A stretch of 64,000 bases of DNA. Source: Squalus acanthias (taxonomy: Eukaryota). The notes below the pieces were generated by a model. The model did not search any database. It was not told the origin of the DNA and saw nothing but the letters and a program-made list of their open reading frames with translations. Location: assembly GCA_030390025.1 (NCBI GenBank), contig CM059437.1, positions 94,426,001 to 94,490,000 of the forward strand. The letters run 5' to 3'. This document shows positions 47,880 to 60,210 of the stretch, piece by piece; position 1 is the first letter of the stretch, and each line of letters starts with the position of its first letter. The translations under genes and the position numbers were made by a program.

Positions 47880-50800
47880 CCAGTAAATTTAATATAGAGG
47901 AGATACTATTTTTTGTTTTATTTTATGCAATTCAGCACATTATGCAGAATATTATTCTTGTGGTTGAAATATGCTTGTGCGCTGTAATATTCAAGAATAT
48001 TTTGGTACTCAAAGGGGATATCATCCAATTTCATTTCTCTTTTTTGCTCGAGAAAAGATCAGAATCTTAAATATCTAAGTGTCTGTAGTTTTAAAGCTGT
48101 TGGTGCTGTTATTAAATGGTAGCAAGTTGAAACAGGAACGTAAGTGAATACATTATTGCTAAATTCTTCCACTAAATTATTGCTTAATTGTGCAGCCATC
48201 CTAAAACGGAAAAAGGCAATTACTCAGAAGAAAAGCTACATCTGTCAGATTTTGAATGTGTCTAGTGAAATGACCTTCGAAACATCTCTGCTGACTAAAG
48301 CACACCACCCACCATTTGACAGTAGTGATAATGAAGCGAGAAAAAAGTGATGGGAAAGTTTTGTCAGTGCAACCAACAGCTCACTTTTAGTGCGAGTCAC
48401 GCTGCAGGGAGAAAACACCTTCATCTGCCACAGCAGTGCTTTAACCTCTTGTGTCATCACATCTCAAGGGACTGAAGGAAGCAGCACTCCAAATCAACCT
48501 CCTGGACCATACTGAATTTGTGAAATCAACAAATTATATTATTAACTTAGAAAAATATTTTATGCTCCACTATTTTCTTGATTAATTTGACTCACTTCCT
48601 TATGTTCCACAGTTCTCTAAATTGTTACAATCATTGGGGTCTATGAAGGACTTGTTAAAACCAGACAAGCGAAGCCAGACTGAGTGCAAACACTAGAAGC
48701 TCGACACATTTAAAAATATTAATAACTGAGTAACATGAGCAGTAAGATTTCTTGACTCTCAACCAGAAGGTCATGAGTTAAGAGTCCCAGGGATACTTGT
48801 CACTCCAACTAGCTCAACTCGGTTGGTTGAGTTCCATCCGCTCTCAGCCAAGCTGCTGGGTGGAACACTGCACCATTTCAGAGGGGGTAGGGGTGGAGGT
48901 GGCTAAGCTGACACAGGTCAATCTGCACCACTGAACCTTGCTCGTTGCTAACCAATTATGAAGCAGCACTGTCAGTAGGTAGAAAGCTCTGCGACCCAGA
49001 CTATTCTGCCCTCTTATTTGTAGCGGACTGGGTCACTGGTTAGCAACACAGTTGTGTGTGCGAGAAAAATCAGAAATTTAAACAAACAAAATGTAAAAGG
49101 GAGAGGGGAATTCTGTGCATATAGCTCAGCTACTTTAAAAAAAAAAGTTTTCCCTCCTTCTGTACCAGTAACTGCAGGTGATATTAAAGAGACCAAGTTT
49201 CCTTGAGGACCATCATCTTCCAAATTTACTTAAAAAATAGATGTGTCAAAAGATTCAACATATATCGCAGGAACAAGATAGTACACTTGAAGTTATTCAT
49301 AACATGTGTAAAACATTTCTTTGAGCGCTGTTAAAATGTCAAAGCTTTGAGGAGCACGGACTTCATAACTTTCCCATAGATATATTGAATTTCTATGCAT
49401 TGCACCATTATACCACCAGCAGTTTGACTATATTCTTCACCACATACCCAAAAACATTTGAGTGAAAATTTACACTCTTTTAGGAATAGAAATTTGTAGC
49501 TCAGAAGGAGGCCACTCTTGCCTTGTGCTGAGTTCAGGCCCCTCACAAAGGTTAATTTTACACAGTCCCATTTATAGAAATAGAGATCTCAGCTACCCAA
49601 GATTTTCTTGTCAAAGTTAATTAAGTCAGAAAATGTTTCAAAAATGTTTCAAAAGTTTACAAAATACTTGCGCTCATAAACAGCCAGTCAGTGCTTGAAC
49701 ACAATGCTAATTTCATGCTACTTTGATGGAGGCTCCCAATCCTAGCTACAGGGGCATCAATTTCATTCATTATCCAGACTCCAGAGTGCAGTGTTTGCTG
49801 AGGCAGAAATATCATACCTCAGGAGAAAACTGACAATTTTCTGTCTGTCTTGCCAGTCTACATTTCAAGCTGATAGATGAGAATGGAACAACACTGGCAC
49901 GTGAGGTTATGGAAGAGTCTGCCACTTGTCTGTCAAGAGAGCAGCGTCCCCAATGACCACAAGTAAAAAAAGCTGGGAGAAAAAAAATGAAGATCTTCTG
50001 GCCAATTAAAGAATGAACACGAGACACGACCTCAGCCACTAAAAGATTCTCTTTTATCCATCATAGCCATTTTGTAAATTTAGCTTATTGGTATAAGTCT
50101 GCAACCCCAGTCTGTAAATATACTTTATATTATAATTTATCAATTGCTACACAAGTCACAGAATTAGTGACCCTAGTTTGAAAGCTACAAGACTCCACCA
50201 TTGTTCAGCATCATTCATGTACAGCCTCAGTGTATCCACAGTATCACCTAACAGCCAGCACGCCTAATTGACCCAATTTCGTAGAGTACTGCTTTGAAAG
50301 AAATTCTCACTAAAAAAATCAACAAACCAATTAAGACTGAAGAGAAAAAGACAGATCTGTTGCGACACGTATGCTAATTAATAAAGCATTCCAAAGGACA
50401 GAAGTAACAAGCCTTTTTTTTTATTGTGAGGCATATTTCTAGTGGAGCCATGAAAATTCATGAGAAGACAAGATCAGCACAATGAACTCTGTTGTCAACC
50501 CTTCCTGTTCAGAGGTCCCAATTAAGACAGGAAGCTGCCACCTACAGATCATCTGATTTGTCAGATGAGAAGCCAGTGCCTGAAACAATCAGATAAGCAT
50601 TGTGCATTAAATCTGATTATGGTCCTATCTGCACCAGTAAAGGCCCTGCAGAATATTATCTGTCACTAATATCCTTTACCCACAGCATGCTCAGTTCTAA
50701 CAACAGGCCTTTTGCTGCATTCTGCTACCAGGATAACAAAGTACACCTGTTAGAAATGGTGGCACTCGTCTAATTCACCAATATTTTTAAGAAGTGAACA

Positions 50801-51099
50801 AACACTCTGGAGTCAAGAAAAATACAAGAGCGCAACTGATCTGATAGAACTTTCCAGGAAGGGTTTAGATACATCATTATACAGGAAACTCTCGTTTAAA
50901 CGGCACCTAAATATCCGGAATTCTCCATTAACCGGCAAAATTCATACTCCGAAAACAACTCCTCAATAACCGGCAATGTTGCCGAGTCCGAGTCTCCTGC
51001 GAATGCCGAGTTAGTCAGTGGGGGTAGTTCTCCAAACTGCCACTACTCGGCTTCCTGGCGCTGTCGGAAGTCCGAACACCGCAATAACAGGAGTCTGAT

Positions 51100-51243
51100 T
51101 CTCCCGCGCTGCCGGTAGTCTCTTCTGATCCGCCATTTTACTGTGTGTCTCCCGCGCTGCCGGTAGTCTCTTCTGATCCGCCATTTTACTGTGCGTCTCC
51201 CGCGCTGCTAGTAGTCTCTTCCGATCCACCATTTTTCTGTGTG
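51100..51243. repeat. 3 x 48-bp tandem repeat in the transposon 5' region
   Basis: Unit tctcccgcgctgccggtagtctcttctgatccgccattttactgtgtg at 51100, 51148 and 51196. Confidence 0.95.
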
Positions 51244-51285
51244 TCTCTCCATCTTTATCGTGAATTATCTCCCCCATCTTGCATT

Positions 51286-53007
51286 ATGGAATTCCCAAAA
51301 GTCGGTCCAAGCAAAAGGAAGAGAGTGGTGTTAACTTTAAAACAGAAAATTGAGATATGCCAACGACTAGAAAGGGGAGAGAAGCGTATCAACATTATGA
51401 ATGAATTCAAAATCGGTTCGTCAACAATCTACGACATCAAATCGCAGAAGGATAAGCTGCTCAAGTTTTATTCAAGCTCGGAGACATCTAAGAGTGTAGA
51501 GAAATGGCGTACGCTTCGTAAGCCTAAGCTTGAAGAGCTGGATACCGTGCTTTATGAGTGGTTTTCTCTTAAGCGTTCAGAGGGTGTTCCACTTTCCGGA
51601 CCCATGCTAATCGAGAAAGCGAAGGATTTCTACGTAAGGATGGAGCTCACTGACAAGTGTGCTTTCTCCGAGGGATGGCTAATGTGCTTCAAGTTACGGC
51701 ACAGGATACGACGACTCGATATTTCCAGGGAGAAGAAATCAGCTGATCACGACACCGCAGAAGAATACTGCGATTATTTCAATCGGATTGTGCAGCAACA
51801 TGATTTGTCACCAGCACAGATATATAATGCCGATGAAACTGGCTTATTTTGGAGGTTTTTGCCAGAATCAACGCTTGCTGGGGCTAGTGAGGCTAATGCT
51901 TCAGGTTACAAGAAAAATAAAGATCGTGTAACCGTGCTAACGCTGCTGGATCACACCGGGTTAAACTTCTTGTTATTGGGAAGTATAAAAATCCCCGTGC
52001 ATTTAAAAATGTGAGGCACTTACCTGTTGAGTACAAAGCTCAAAAAAATGCTTGGATGGATAAGGAAATCTTTTCGTATTGGTTCCATCATATTTTTGTT
52101 CCATCTGTGAGGGAACATTTCCGTAAAATAGGGAAACCTGAAGATAGCAAATGCATTTTATTGCTTGATAATTGTAGAGCCCATCCGCATGAATCCGAGT
52201 TGGTTTCGGGAAATATTTTCACCATTTATTTGCCACCAAATGTAACATCTCTCATACAACCCATGGACCAGGGCGTTATCCAAAATCTGAAGTGTCATTA
52301 CAAGAAAGACTTCCTACGTAAACTGATAAACCAAGATGACAATATTCACGCATTTCAGAAGGAATACAATCTTAAAGATGCCATCCTGGAACTTGGTGAA
52401 AGGTCACACTCTGAGGCAAGCCTGGCGCAAATTGTGGCCTTCTGTAATGTTTGCTGAAGGTTCTTCTTCAGAGGAGGAATTTCATGGGTTCAATCTTCGT
52501 CTCAAGAAGAGTACAATAATGGAAATGGCTGGCATGGTGAAAAATGTAGGCCATCTACGTCACCTCAGTGAAAGTGATATCGAGCAGTGGGTTGATGCAG
52601 ATAGAGAAGTTGGTGTTGTGCATATGCTAAGTGATGATGAAATAATTGAGAATGTTTTGAATCCAAAGAAAGAAAAGGAAAATGAGATGGAAAGTGAAGA
52701 GGATGAGATTTCTGAAGAGAAGAAGATTGCTTGGGCTAAAGCTGCAGAAGGATTTGCTTCAATCCTCCAATTTGCTGAAAGGCAGCCTTGCTACTCTGCC
52801 CAAGAAGTTATGCACCTCCATATTCTGCATTCCACCTTTCTACAGAAAAGGCATGAGTCCACTAAGCAAGCAGGCATCTGGGACATGTTTAAGAAAGCTT
52901 CCAAAAGAGTTGAAGCAGCGGAAGTGCCTGAAGAATCTGTTGAAGTGCATGATCCTGATGACCCAGCTGGCATGGATATTCCTGATGAACCAGCTGACTT
53001 GAAATAA
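51286..53007 (+). pseudogene. Tigger (jerky/TIGD-like) transposase with two frameshifts
   Basis: ATG 51286; [15 protein letters not shown] (HTH_psq), [18 protein letters not shown] (CENP-B HTH), [18 protein letters not shown] and QPMDQG with 32 residues between the last two Asp; frameshifts near 51936 and 52386; stop at 53007. Confidence 0.9.
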
Positions 53008-53568
53008 GTGTACAGTCAACTACAGTACTGTATAGTCATTTATAAGTTTTGTTTTACTGTTAAGTAATTAAAGAATTATGGATTACCCTCAACTGGCAGT
53101 ACTGTACTTAATCAAGCATCTTCCACCATCCATTTAACACAACATTCTGTAGGTGAGTACCCAATTACTGTATACTGCACATTTCTTGATTTTTTAATTT
53201 TTGTTTGTTAAAAATAGCCTCGGTAGATAACCCTCGCCGTCATCTGGAATTTTTAATCAACCGGCACCACACCGGTCCCGTCAGTGCTGGATACCAAAGA
53301 GTTTCCTGTATACAACTGGATTAGAGTGCTTTGCTGAAAAGCAGCCAGAGATTCCCAATTGTGACAGGCTCCAGGAGATATCACATGTTATTATACAAAG
53401 CTGAATGACTTTCAGGAAACAAAATTACAAGCAAGAGACCAGTGATGATACACCAAGAAGACTTTTTCTTCCTTCCCATTGCTATAAACTGAAAAGTTAT
53501 GCTCATTTGAGGCAACTGAGGGACCAAAGTTAAAATCATTATTTTTTTCTATACTCTTCCCACTCCAA

Positions 53569-54484
53569 GGGCTGGATTTTGCCAATGGGGAGCTTTTGGA
53601 GGCGGGACTCCCATTTGTCGGGTTTCAGTCCCGCCTCCATCAACTTCTGGCCAACCCATGCCATTTTCCCTTGATTGACCTTGTTAAGCCCGCCCAGCCA
53701 ATTAAAGGAAAGCCAGTTACAGAGAACGTCAACGTATGACGTTTCATCTGTCAAAAATGGGCAACACGGTGGCATAGTGGTTAGCACTGGTGCCTCACAG
53801 CGCCAGAGACCCGGGTTCGAATCTGACCTCGGGTGACTGTCTGTGTGGAGTTTGCACATTCTCCCCGTGTCTGCGTGGGTTTCCTCCGGGTGCTCCGGTT
53901 TCCTCCCACAGTCCAAAAATGTGTGGGTTAGGTTGATTTGGCTATGATAAATTGACCCTTAGTGTTAGGGGGGGATTAAATATGTGGGGTTACAGGGATA
54001 GGATGGGAGATGTTAGGGGGAATTAAATACGTGGGGTTACGGGGATAGGGTGGGATATGTGTCAGTGCAGGCTCGATGGGGATTCTGTGTGGGAGGGCAG
54101 GGACAGGGTACTGGATTTGGATGATCAGCCATGATCGTATTGAATGGCGGAGCAGGCTCGACGGGCCGAATGGCCTACTCCTGCTCCTAGATTCTATGTT
54201 TCTATGTTTCTATGACAGATGAATTGCCTTCGTTTGACAGCTCTGTGAAGCTGTGGATAATCCTCTTATCTGCCTGTTAATTACCTGTTAACTGGCAGTT
54301 AAGTGGCTGTAATCCCTTCCCGCCTCCAAAGAGACAGGACCCAGCGTGGGACGGCTACCCACCTTCTGGCAAGATGGCACGGAGGTGGGTTGGGGGCAGG
54401 TTGGGCACCCGCCTCCAGATTCTGCCATTTTGCCAACTGTCCCGCCTCCAAACCCGCCTCCCCAGGCCTGGCAAAATCCAGCCC
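53569..54484. mobile_element. Harbinger-like MITE with nested SINE
   Basis: 16-bp TIRs gggctggattttgcca / tggcaaaatccagccc; subterminal ggaggcggg / cccgcctcc repeats; flanks caa / gaa (possibly a decayed 3-bp TSD). Confidence 0.75.
53759..54213 (+). mobile_element. V-SINE (HE1-like)
   Basis: tRNA head gtggcatagtggttagcact..gggttcgaatc; V-domain tgtgtggagtttgcacattctccccgtgtctgcgtgggtttcctccgggtgctccggtttcctcccaca; CR1 tail with (ttctatgt)n; internal ~47-bp duplication at ~53963-54060. Confidence 0.9.
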
Positions 54485-54502
54485 GAAGGATGAGGTTATT
54501 TC

Positions 54503-56497
54503 ATTATCGGGTCCTGCTCTTGTCTGCCAAAATTGCTCACTATTCCAGAATCATTCTGGAATGCAAAGATAAACCCCGGCTCCTATTCTCTACTGCTAGC
54601 CGTCTTCTTAAACCCCTCTCCCCTGTCTCCTCCACCCTCACCTCCGATAACAAATGTGAGGAGCTCATGGACATCTTTGTCTCTAAGATTGAGACCATCT
54701 GTTCAGCTGCCTCTGCCACTTCCCTTCCTTCCCCTAGCCCACTGGGCCAAGCTTCCTCTAAGGTTCCCCCCTGCCCTAGCCCTGAATTCACATCTTTCTC
54801 CAGTTTCTCTCCGATCTCCCCTCATGACCTCTCCGTGCTCATCTTGTCCACGAGATCCACCTCCTACTCCCTCAACCCTTTTCCCACCAAATTGCTGACC
54901 ACCCAACTTCCTTTTCTGGCTCCCATGTTAGCTGACATTGTTAACGGTTCTCTTTCCTCAGGTACTGTCCCCCTCTCCCTCAAATCTGCCGTCATCACCC
55001 CTCTCCTCAAAAAATCAACCCTTGATCCCTCCGTCCTTTCAAACTACTGCCCCATCTCCAACCTCCCTTTCCTCTCCAAAGTCCTTGAATGTGTTGTCGC
55101 CTCCCAAATCTGTGTCCATCTTTCCCGCAATTCCATGTTTGAATCGCTCCAATCAGGTTTCCGCCCTTGCCACAGTACCAAAACGGCTCTCATCAAAGTC
55201 ACGAATGACATCCTTTGTGACTGTGACAAAGGTAAACTATCCCTCCTCATTCTTCTTGACTTGTCTGCAGCCTTTGACACGGTTGACCACTCCATCCTTC
55301 TCCAACGCCTCTCCACCGTCGTCCAGCTGGGTGGGACTGCACTCACCTGGTTCCATTCTTCTTTCTCTAAGCGTAGCCAGAGAATCACCTGCAATGGCTT
55401 CTCTTCCCGCTCCCGCATCGTTACCTCTGGTGTCCCCCAAGGATCTATCCTTGGCCCCCTCCTATTTCTCATCTACATGTTGCCCCTTGGCGACGTCATC
55501 CGTAAACACAGCATCAGTTTCCACATGTACGCTGACGACACCCAGCTCTACCTCACTACCTCTTCTCTCAACCCCTCCACGGTCTCTAAATTGTCAGACT
55601 GCTTGTCCGACATACAGTTCTGGATGAGCAGAAATTTTCTCCAATTAAATATTGGGAAGACCTAAGCCACTGTTTTCGGTCCCCGCCACAAACTCCGTTC
55701 CCTAGCCACTGACTCCATCCCTCTTCCTAACATCTGTCTGAGGTTGAACCACACTGTTCGCAACCTTGGTGTCATATTTGACTCTGAAATAAGCTTCCGA
55801 CCACATATCCGCAGCATAACAAAGACCGCCTATTTCCACCTCCATAACATCGCCCGTCTCCGCCCTTGCCTCAGCTCATCCGCTGCTGAAACCCTCATCC
55901 ATGCCTTTGTTACCTCTAGACTTGACTATTCCAACGCACCCCTGGCTGGCCTCCCACATTCTACCCTATGTAAACTTGAGGTCATCCAAAACTCGGCTGC
56001 CCGTGTCCTAACTCGCACCAAGTTCCGTTCGCCCATCACCCCTGTGCTCGCTGACCTACATTGGTTCCCGGTTAAACAGCACCTCGATTTCAAAATTCTC
56101 ATCCTTGTTTTCAAATCTCTCCATGGCCTCGCCCCTCCCTATCTCTGTAATCTCCTTCAGCCCCATAACCCCCAGAGATATCTGCGCTCCTCTAATTCTG
56201 CCCTCTTGAGCATCCCTGATTATAATCGCTCCACCATTGGTGGCCGTGCCTTCCGTTGCCTAGGACCGAAGCTCTGGAATTCCCTGCCTAAACCTCTCCA
56301 CCTCTTTCCTCCTTTAAGACGCTCCTTAAAACCTACCTCTTTGACCAAGCTTTTGGTCACCTGCCCTAATTTCTCCTTATGTGGCTCGGTGTCAAATTTT
56401 TGTTGTCTTATAATACTCCTGTGAAGCGCCTTGGGACGTTTTATTACGTTAAAGGCACTATATAAATACAAGTTGTTGTTGTTGTTGTTGTTGTTAT
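54503..56497 (+). mobile_element. L2-clade LINE, 5'-truncated, young copy with RT domain
   Basis: NYCPISNLPFLSKVLE, QSGFRP.HST.TAL, LDLSAAFDTVDH, GVPQGSILGPLLFLIY, YADDTQLY; one in-frame stop at 55663-65, then the same frame continues (AETLIHAFVTSRLDYSN); (gtt)n tail. Confidence 0.95.
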
Positions 56498-56629
56498 TAA
56501 ACAAGGGTTTGATAGCACTAGCAGTGAGCATCATTGCTGCTTGGTATGTGCTGTTATGATTTGCACTTCCTCCCAACTCATGTTCCATGCAGGAAGGCAG
56601 CTTCCATAAGACGACCAATTCTCCAATGA

Positions 56630-57091
56630 AAAAAAGAAAGACTTGCATTTCTATAGCGCCTTTCACGACCACCGGACGTCTCAAAGAGCTTTACAGCCAA
56701 TGAAGTACTTTTTGAAGTGGAGTCACTGTTGTAATGTGGGAAACGCGGCAGCCAATTTGCGCACAGCAAGGTCCCACAAACAGCAGTGTGATAATGACCA
56801 GATAATCTGTTTTAGTGATGTTGGTTGAGGGATAAATATTGGCCAGGACACCAGGGAGAACTCCCCTGCTCTTCTTCGAAATAGTGCCATGGGATCTTTT
56901 ACGTCCACTTGAGAGAGCAGACGGGGCCTCGGTTTAACGTCTCATCTGAAAGACGGCACCTCTGAGACGGTGCAGCATTCCCTCAGCACTGCACTGGAGT
57001 GTCAGCCTCGATTTTTGTGTTCAAGTCTCTGGAGTGGGACTTGAACCCACAACCTTCTGACTCAGAGGCGAGTGCGCTACCAACTGAGCCA
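56630..57091 (-). mobile_element. DeuSINE (SacSINE1-like), near full length
   Basis: Reverse complement of the 4880 element with many CpGs retained. Confidence 0.9.
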
Positions 57092-57756
57092 GGTTAAAAC
57101 AACTTAGACAGTTTATTTACAACCATGATAATACACAGAAGCAGATGGTACAAATACTTAAGAAAAGAAAATTCACATGGTTAAAGTCTCCTCTTTAGTC
57201 TGTATTTCTTACACTCTGATAATGTACAAGACTTTTGTATGAAATAAGACTTCTGAATGAGCTGATATACAAAGGTGATGTGAATCTTCAGCCCACTGCA
57301 AATAGTGCAGCTGTCAATTACATCAAACAAAGTTTGAGCAGTTAGGCCAATGGCTTTATGTCAAAATAAATCTTTCATGGCACAGGTGTTAATGTTAAGG
57401 AATTAACGATCTTCCTCTTAAGTATATCCCAAAGAGTCAGCTATTAGAAATAATGAATTTATCTACTTCCTCCAGACTGTGAACTGCCATATATTAGATT
57501 TTATTTTAGAAAAGCCACCTAGCAAACTATGATCAAATGAGTTTGACTGTAGGCCATGGCAGCAACAAGAAATTTCATTGAATCCGTGAATGTATCTGAC
57601 CAGTTTTATGTATTAGGTACCAACTGGCACAGACAAAGGATTCTCTAGCTAGAGATATCCGAAGCCAATGTTAAAATCATTTAGGCCTGTCTGCCTCAAT
57701 AAAAAATAAACTTTCAATATTGAATGTGTGACAACAACTCTGGTTCCATCATATGA

Positions 57757-57862
57757 TGGTTCCAGGAGGCGGCTCACCACCACCTTCTCGAGGGCAATTA
57801 GAGATGGGCAATAAATGCTGGCTTTGCCAGTGACGCCCACATCCCGTCAACGAATAAAAAAA
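57757..57862 (+). mobile_element. 3' tail of the 26103-type LINE
   Basis: ggcggctcaccaccaccttctcgagggcaattagagatgggcaataaatgctggctttgccagtgacgcccacatccc. Confidence 0.8.
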
Positions 57863-59019
57863 GTGCCGTTGATATTCTCATGGCAAAAACCGATAGCAGC
57901 TTATTTTTTAATTACTGCAAAAGGAAGCGTAACCAGATTCTTTGGTAAAATAAATCTGATTCACTTCAAACTGTGATGACCTCAAATAACTTTAATATAT
58001 GTAGCATTTCTACTGCACGAATGCCTCAATCTAGGAAACAACTAAAACGGCATTGAATTACAGAGACTGGTAAAGTGGCTAAAAGTGCAGCATAATAACA
58101 AGAGACTACTGTGAAAGTGCTGGTAAAAGGACTCCACGCATTACATTTCTGTGAAAGCTGTAGATGCTGCCACAGAAATTAAGAGAGTTTTCTCCCTTAT
58201 TTCCATTTCCCATTACCCTACCAAGCCATTCACCAGCCCACATCTTCCATCAACTGTAAGCGTGTGATTGGTTTGGGCCAACGAGATCTGAGGGTCATCC
58301 TCAATGCTGCTCTGCGACTAGCCAAAAGGAAGCATGATCCTGATGGGACCAAGCCAGACAATTCATTTCTCTGCTCTTGAGAAGGAATAACTCACTTCCC
58401 TGTGGCACCGGGCTACTTCTGACACTGGTTGAAACTCATATATTCAAATCCTTCAGTGAGCTACAAAATTAGTAGTCCTGTTAAAGTTGAGAGAAAAAAA
58501 AAAACAGCTTTTGCTGTAGATAATAATAGAAATCAGTGATCTACTGGATTTTCAATAGACTTGGAGTCGCTGAGTGAAGCTCCTTTTAAAGTATTCTTGT
58601 GGCTAGTTGTGGCATCTGTTTTTTGTGTATTGACTCCAGACTGTCTATGTTGCAAAACCAAGTGAAATTAATGATTGCTAGTAATGTTTATATTTATAAC
58701 TGGAGTGCTCCTATTCACATTCTTGTGAATAGCAAACAGCCTTTCAATTCATAGTACACTGGTAACATGAAACAATTTGCAGCACATTACTATTATACTT
58801 GGGGAGAACAAAAACAGCTTTAAAGACCAAAAGCATTTTTCCTTTACAACAATTAAAATCATTTGGCTAATTGAAGTCTTCTAGATGTTTTCAGACTTGA
58901 TTTTCCTGTGCTTATATTAGGCACTAAAGAGTGGCGACAGACTACTGGGACTGTAGTGGATACGTTAACACACAGTAAATTAAGTTGAGTCAATTGGGAA
59001 TCCTTATTGGGAAGCAGTG

Positions 59020-59182
59020 GAGATTGGCAAGGATAGAGGATGTGCTGGAGAGGACTTGGACTGCAGAATTCCGTATCGGATGAGGTTTGTGAAGGGTGGA
59101 AGGAAAGAGACCAGCAAGGAAAGTATTTGAGCAATCGATCCTCGAGGTGATGGAAGGCACGGGTAGGGTTTCAGCAGCGGTG
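59020..59182 (-). mobile_element. Old L2 fragment
   Basis: Minus strand gives AAETL..ITSRIDCSNTFLAGL, matching L2 ORF2. Confidence 0.55.
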
Positions 59183-59334
59183 GGAGCCTATTTTCTACAA
59201 GAATAAAACGTCTTAGTGAAATCTTAATATTTTGATGAATATTAAATTGGCTACTTACAATGGAGCTACTTAGAACAATGCCCAACCTGGCATCACAAGT
59301 GTGAGAATGAAATGGTAAACGACTTCCTATAAAA

Positions 59335-59700
59335 ATAACCACACAGCCCAAGAAGGTCTCAGCTGATCTAAGCAGTAGTGGCAGTAGGCTGATAGAAATG
59401 GTTTGGTTTGACGTTAGAGAGGCAGATAAAAAAAAACAGCCTGGGATCCTGCTCATGATCTCTATTCAGTGACTCTTACTGAAGTGTGCAGCTGTGTGGA
59501 TGCTGGACGGGAGCAGGGTTAAGCTTTGCAGAGATGCCCTCCCCCTTCCTTCAAGACAATTACTTTGCAGACACTCATTGTCTAGCCTCACACAGGAAGA
59601 ATGGCCTCTTAAGAATGGTAATGGAGGGTTGCTGATGCTAGTGGAACCGTGCTGCCACCCCCCATCATGAGTCACTGTCACCAGTCACAGAAGGAGAGAA
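59335..59700 (+). mobile_element. Old SINE family B
   Basis: cagcctgggatcctgctcatgatc..cagtgac..tctagcctcacacaggaagaatggcc..gtggaacc..catgagtca. Confidence 0.5.
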
Positions 59701-59849
59701 AATTGAAAGGGAGTAAAGTCAAGTTAACCAAAGAGTTGAGTATTTGTGGTCCCTTTGACTTGCAAAATATATGCTACTCCCCCACATAGCTCCTTGAATG
59801 AGAAGTACAGAGATGAAAATTTAAAAACTTATTTCACAGATTGTCTCCC

Positions 59850-60210
59850 CCCGCTTCACCCACAAAAGTGGAGACTTGTGCTGGGGCACAAGCAGCCAGC
59901 GAGCACATCACCTAGGCAGCAAATATGAGAAGGTTTGGCCAAGGATAACTGCCACCCTCACCTAACACACTTTTTAGCATAGGTTTGTGGACTACAATTA
60001 ATAGTAGGAACCCTGGCAAATATCTTTTTCTTTCCAAGCTGGGGGGCGGGAAAGAGAGGACAGGAGAATGAGCGAGTCAAATTCTAGTTTAATTTGTCGC
60101 TGATACAGCGGAGATCAGCTAATAGTACAGAACAAGGACCAGCTTGGACCTTCAGGGTCTGTGTGTCACAGGAAGATAGTCGGTAGTGCATTTAATCCAT
60201 TGAGCCAACA
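59850..60210 (-). mobile_element. Old SINE family B
   Basis: ggaaccctggc..gagatcagctaa..ggaccttc..gtgcatttaatccattgagcca. Confidence 0.45.

Larger units (their letters stand above)
50882..53308 (+). mobile_element. Full-length Tigger/pogo DNA transposon (2427 bp)
   Basis: TA TSDs (50880-81, 53309-10); ~25-bp imperfect TIRs caggaaactct..gcac / gtgc..agagtttcctg; subterminal accggca repeats; internal transposase. Confidence 0.92.

Noticed and set aside
51100-51243. CRISPR-like repeat array
   Set aside because: Contiguous tandem units without unique spacers, inside a eukaryotic transposon
54346-54502. N-terminal part of the 439-aa ORF
   Set aside because: Read-through from the MITE's right arm into the truncated L2; not a real fusion gene
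55044-55627. Long overlapping and antisense ORFs in the L2 (and similarly in the RTE)
   Set aside because: Shadow frames caused by the C-rich codon bias of LINE ORF2
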